Shown here in pieces: positions 60,291-64,000 of a DNA stretch of 64,000 nucleotides. Both the position numbers and the translations under genes were made by a program. The stretch spans positions 25,358,001-25,422,000 of the forward strand of contig OX597832.1 in the NCBI GenBank assembly GCA_951406725.2, written 5' to 3'. Source of the DNA: Octopus vulgaris (Eukaryota). Position 1 is the first letter of the stretch, and each line of letters begins with the position of its first letter. The notes below the pieces were generated by a model, which did no database searches, was not told where the DNA came from, and worked only from the letters and a program-made list of their open reading frames with translations.

Positions 60291-60776
60291 TTATTTATAC
60301 TTGCTCAGCAACACACATAAGTAAATATATACATATAAACACACATGCGAACGTGTATATAGAAGTATGATGTAATCTATATTATAACCACGCGGATATT
60401 AATACATATATAGAAATGTATACACCCACACTCACACACAATCACACACGTTCTCTCTCTCTCTCTGAGACACACACACACACATACACATATGTATATG
60501 TACGCATACACACACACAAACATAAATATGTAGGTATGAATGTAGAGGAAGATAATTAATATAATTTAAAATTTCCGTTCAATTTCATAATGTAAATTTC
60601 ATTTGAGAGCCTCTATTGTATCACTGAACAAATGATTTACATTTTTGAATAAATTATTGAACGAGATCGATAATGTGTTTAGATGAATGAAAATTAGGAA
60701 ATTGTGGAATCGATTGCATATTCAACAATTAATTGTATTCAATAACTAACCATGCTTATGCATTCCGGTATGTGTA

Positions 60777-60863
<87 letters not shown>

Positions 60864-61004
60864 TATATAATAATGATAACAATAATAATATATAGATAGC
60901 TGTGTGTGTGTGCGTGGGCATGTGCGTGTGTGCGTGTGCGTGTGTGCATATGTATATACGTACATATATGTTCTGAAACATGTACACACATATGTATGTA
61001 TGTA

Positions 61005-61988
61005 TGGGGGAGCTTTATGAAAATAAACAAAAGACGAAGGCAGGTGGAAAACAAACGAACAATTGTATTAGTATGGCGCTCAGGAAATATAAATAAAACA
61101 AGTCTTTAACGTTTCGAGCCTACGCTCTTCAACAGAAAGATACACAGAGAGAGAAAAACACAGAAAGAAGGAGAGAAAAAAAATGCGTGCAGTAGCTAAC
61201 GAATCAACATGGCGATCTGATTTCGGCCAGAGGTCAAAGATCAAACATGAGACGCGAGAGCGAAATAAGGGGAGATAATAGGGTTGATAAATGGGTTGAG
61301 GGACCAGCTAAAAGTGCGTGGGAGGGGTCTGGATGTGTGTATGTATAGGGTTGGTGTATGTATTAGTATGTATAAGGGTGTGTGTGTGTGTGTGTGTGTG
61401 TATGAGAGAGTATTAGTGCGTAAGATTGGTCTGGACGTGCGTATGTATGGGGTTGGTGTATGTATTAGTATGTATTAGTATGTATTAGTACGTATTGGTA
61501 TGTATAGGGTGTGTGTGTGTGTGTGAGAGAGAGTATAAGTGCGTATGCGGGGTCTGGACGTGTGTATGTATAGGGTTGGTGTAAGTATTAGTATGTACTA
61601 GTATGTATTAGTACGTATTAGTATGTATTAGTTGGTGTGTGTATTAGTATGGCACATCATATGTGATGTGATGTGATGTGTAAAGTCATGTGGTGTAGTG
61701 AGGAGAAGAGGGGGAGGGGAGAAGAGGGGGAAGAGAAGGGGAGGGGAAGAAGAGGGGGATGAGAAGGGGGGAGAGGAGAGGATGGGGGAGAAGGAAGGGG
61801 ATGAGGGGGATGAAGGAGGAAAGAGGGAGAGGGGAGAGAGAAGGGGAGAGAGGGAGTGAGGGAGCAGAGGGAAGGGAAGAGGGAGGGAGAAAGAGGGAAG
61901 AAGGGAAGGGGAGTAGGGGTGAAAGGATGAAGGACTGAAGAAGTAGGGTTGGGGGAGAAAGGATAGGTGAGGAGGGGGGAAAGGGGGG
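61005..61988 (-). mobile_element. 3' region / pseudo-LTR of the Penelope-like element, containing an HHR-like motif
   Basis: Directly downstream of the GIY-YIG ORF: a pyrimidine-rich tract, three imperfect ~115-bp repeats (61313-61640) and a ~200-bp terminal segment nearly identical to 10505-10705. Confidence 0.75.
61103..61140 (-). ncRNA. Minimal hammerhead-like motif (variant core) in the PLE 3' region
   Basis: ucuuu CUGUUGA A GAGC guag GCUC GAAA CG UU aaaga: 5-bp stem I, 4-bp stem II, palindromic ACGU stem III, A6->U core change. Confidence 0.6.
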
Positions 61989-62896
61989 TTAGATGAGGAG
62001 GGGGGAGAGTTGAGACCAAATGGCGTATAAGAGCGAAGAGAGAAGATTAATTCCTGTTCACGGCGCAAACGGGAATCCGGATGGCCTCTGTGTAAGGACA
62101 AACCGAACACAGATAGGTGTTGCAAGGAGTGACCGATGGAGCGGAAATGGCGTGAGACCGGTGTGTCGTTCGCAAGGTGGATGTCACGAAGGTGTTCCGC
62201 GAACCGGTCAGCCAAGCGGCGTCCCGTTTGTCCGATGTACAAGGAATTGCAGAGAGAGCAAGAGATGCAATAGATAATATTGCTGGAGGTGCAGGTGAAG
62301 GAGTGGATGATGGGATAGGGTCGATGGTGGGTGCTAGTGAGGCGGGTGGTGTTGGAGAGGTAAGGGCAAGTGCGGCAACGTGGGCGGGAGCAGGGGAACG
62401 AGCCGGGTTGGGAGGTAGGGTCAGGGAAGGAGCTATGGACCAAAAGGTCTCGAAGGTTGTGGGCTCGTTTGAAAGAGGGGAGGGGTCGGTTAGGGAAGAG
62501 GTGTGAAGTGGACGGGTCGGACTGGAGATGACGGAAAGCTCGAAGAATGGTGCGTTGGAGACGTAGGGTCGTGGGGTGATAAGTGAGGGGAAAAGGGAGG
62601 CGGGAGACTACAGGGCGGGTTCGGGGAGAGAGAGCAGATACACGGTCCACGGACCGTGGTCTGGCAAGGGCGGTGTGGATAGTGGTGAGGGGGTATCCAC
62701 GTAGGGTGAAGTGGTGAGCCATACGTTGAGACTGAGTCTCGAAGTCATGGTCGTCACTACAGAGCCTACGTAGACGGAGGAATTGGGAATAGGGGATGGA
62801 AAGCTTGGTGTGTTCTGGGTGGGAGGAAGAGAAGTTGAGGTATGAGTGTGAGTCTGTGTGTTTGTAGTGAATGGAGGTGGTAAGAGTGGAGTGAAG
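61989..62896 (-). mobile_element. Penelope-like retroelement ORF, 5'-truncated: RT thumb, Cys-rich linker and GIY-YIG endonuclease (Neptune-like architecture)
   Basis: Translation has TSIHYKHTDSHSYLNFSSSHP...SIPYSQFLRLRRLCS (PLE thumb), PCSRPRCRTC linker, NIIYCISCSLCNSLYIGQTGRRLADRFAEH (GIY-YIG) and REQELIFSLRSYTPFGLN (PLE C-terminus). About 300 codons without a stop; starts abruptly at a (CATA)n tract. Confidence 0.93.
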
Positions 62897-62934
62897 ATGT
62901 ATGTATGTATGTATGTGTATATACGTATTATATG

Positions 62935-63990
62935 TGCTTTTACAGAAGTGTTGAAGTCTGTAGGGATTGACATACCTATGAGCAGACACAGCTTGTCAAT
63001 GTGGTTTTATCTGGTCTATTTGAGCTTTTGTAGCACGATCAGTTCAATTCTAAAGCCCTAAAGACCGGTGATACACTTATTCTTTACTACTTTGACAGCT
63101 TTAATTTTCTACAGGGTTCTTCGGATAAGGAGAGACCGACTTACGTATATGATCCCATGGAAATACAGGTCAAAATCTGTCATGTCGATTAAAATATCCA
63201 TTTGAGGCTAACATAGAACATCCAGAGACGATGTCGTCAATTTTCTCCTTGGTTGCATCACAGAAGCGATAGCTAAGATCACCACCTTTTGCTTGGTAGC
63301 TTCTGCTAAACAGACACTAAGCCTGAGCTGTTATAATGACGCTCTCTGTTTCTGATTTAAGTCAAAATGCTGCCGGCCATTAATGGATCATATTTGCATC
63401 TATATCAGGATCGCTGGCTTTTGTAGAGTATTTGCCATGCAACGCCTTATTTTCCCCTATATTCCGCAGCACTGACATTACAGTTGATTTGGTTTCTGCT
63501 TTTATCTGTTTTGCTACTCCATTAGATTCTTCTCTTCCACCTGGTTGCGCCATAATCTCGTTGATCTTTAATCCTGCACATACTTGGTTTCTGATATTCA
63601 ATACGTTTTGGAACTTTCAGGTGCGTTTAAGCGTCCAGCCACTGGTGTTCTTTAAGTAACCGTCTACCCTTAGGGTTGCTGTCTTAAGATACAGTTGCAG
63701 CTGCATCAGGCCATCGTTTTGTAGGTTGTATAGTCTACCTAGTTATTAGTATTTAACTCTTTGATGATGGTAGGTTTGCCTGTATGTTATTTGCTTTCAG
63801 GTGTTTTCTCTTGAAGAATATGGCTTTAGCACATTTTTCAAGGCCGAATACCATTCCAATATTACAACTGAACTGTTTTACTGTGGTTAAAAGTCGTTCA
63901 ACTTGTTGATTATCTTTCGTGAAAAGTTTTAGTGAAAAGCTTTCGTGAAAAGCTTTAGGTCAGCGATTCAGACTCAGGGGAAGGGCGGTC
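62935..63990 (-). mobile_element. Highly degenerate second R4/Dong-like RLE LINE fragment
   Basis: Remnants KALHGKY, LKSETESVIITAQ, CDATKEKIDDIVSGCSMLA...NRHD, NRPD...CLLIGMSIPTDFNTSVK, with many stops and frameshifts. Confidence 0.72.
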
Positions 63991-64000
63991 CATGTAACAA

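Noticed and set aside
61628-62989. 453-aa ORF as a single gene
   Set aside because: Chimeric: the N-terminus is an out-of-frame Dong remnant plus microsatellite, and the C-terminus is read-through into a pyrimidine tract. Only ~61989-62896 is PLE coding.

Overview
Eukaryotic, AT-rich, microsatellite-saturated intergenic or intronic DNA. The tRNA-derived SINE families and repeat landscape resemble an octopus (coleoid cephalopod) genome; this is an inference from recalled repeat sequences. No host protein-coding gene can be supported, and almost all listed ORFs are translations of simple repeats. Real coding remnants all come from transposons: two R4/Dong-type RLE LINE fragments, a young 5'-truncated Tx1/L1-clade LINE in two copies, an RTE-like 3' end with C2H2 fingers, a Penelope-like element (PLE) with a GIY-YIG endonuclease, and mariner/hAT MITEs. 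The most notable signal is about 8-10 hammerhead-ribozyme (HHR)-like motifs of at least four sequence types in short islands inside microsatellites. Most have a palindromic stem III. Two have a canonical core and show compensatory changes, one lies in the PLE 3' region, and related islands show fold-back inversions, one pivoting on the stem III palindrome. A ~490-bp retroposed fragment with an unidentified ORF end and five GAGG...CCTC hairpins is inserted, with a 17-bp target-site duplication, into a SINE tRNA head.
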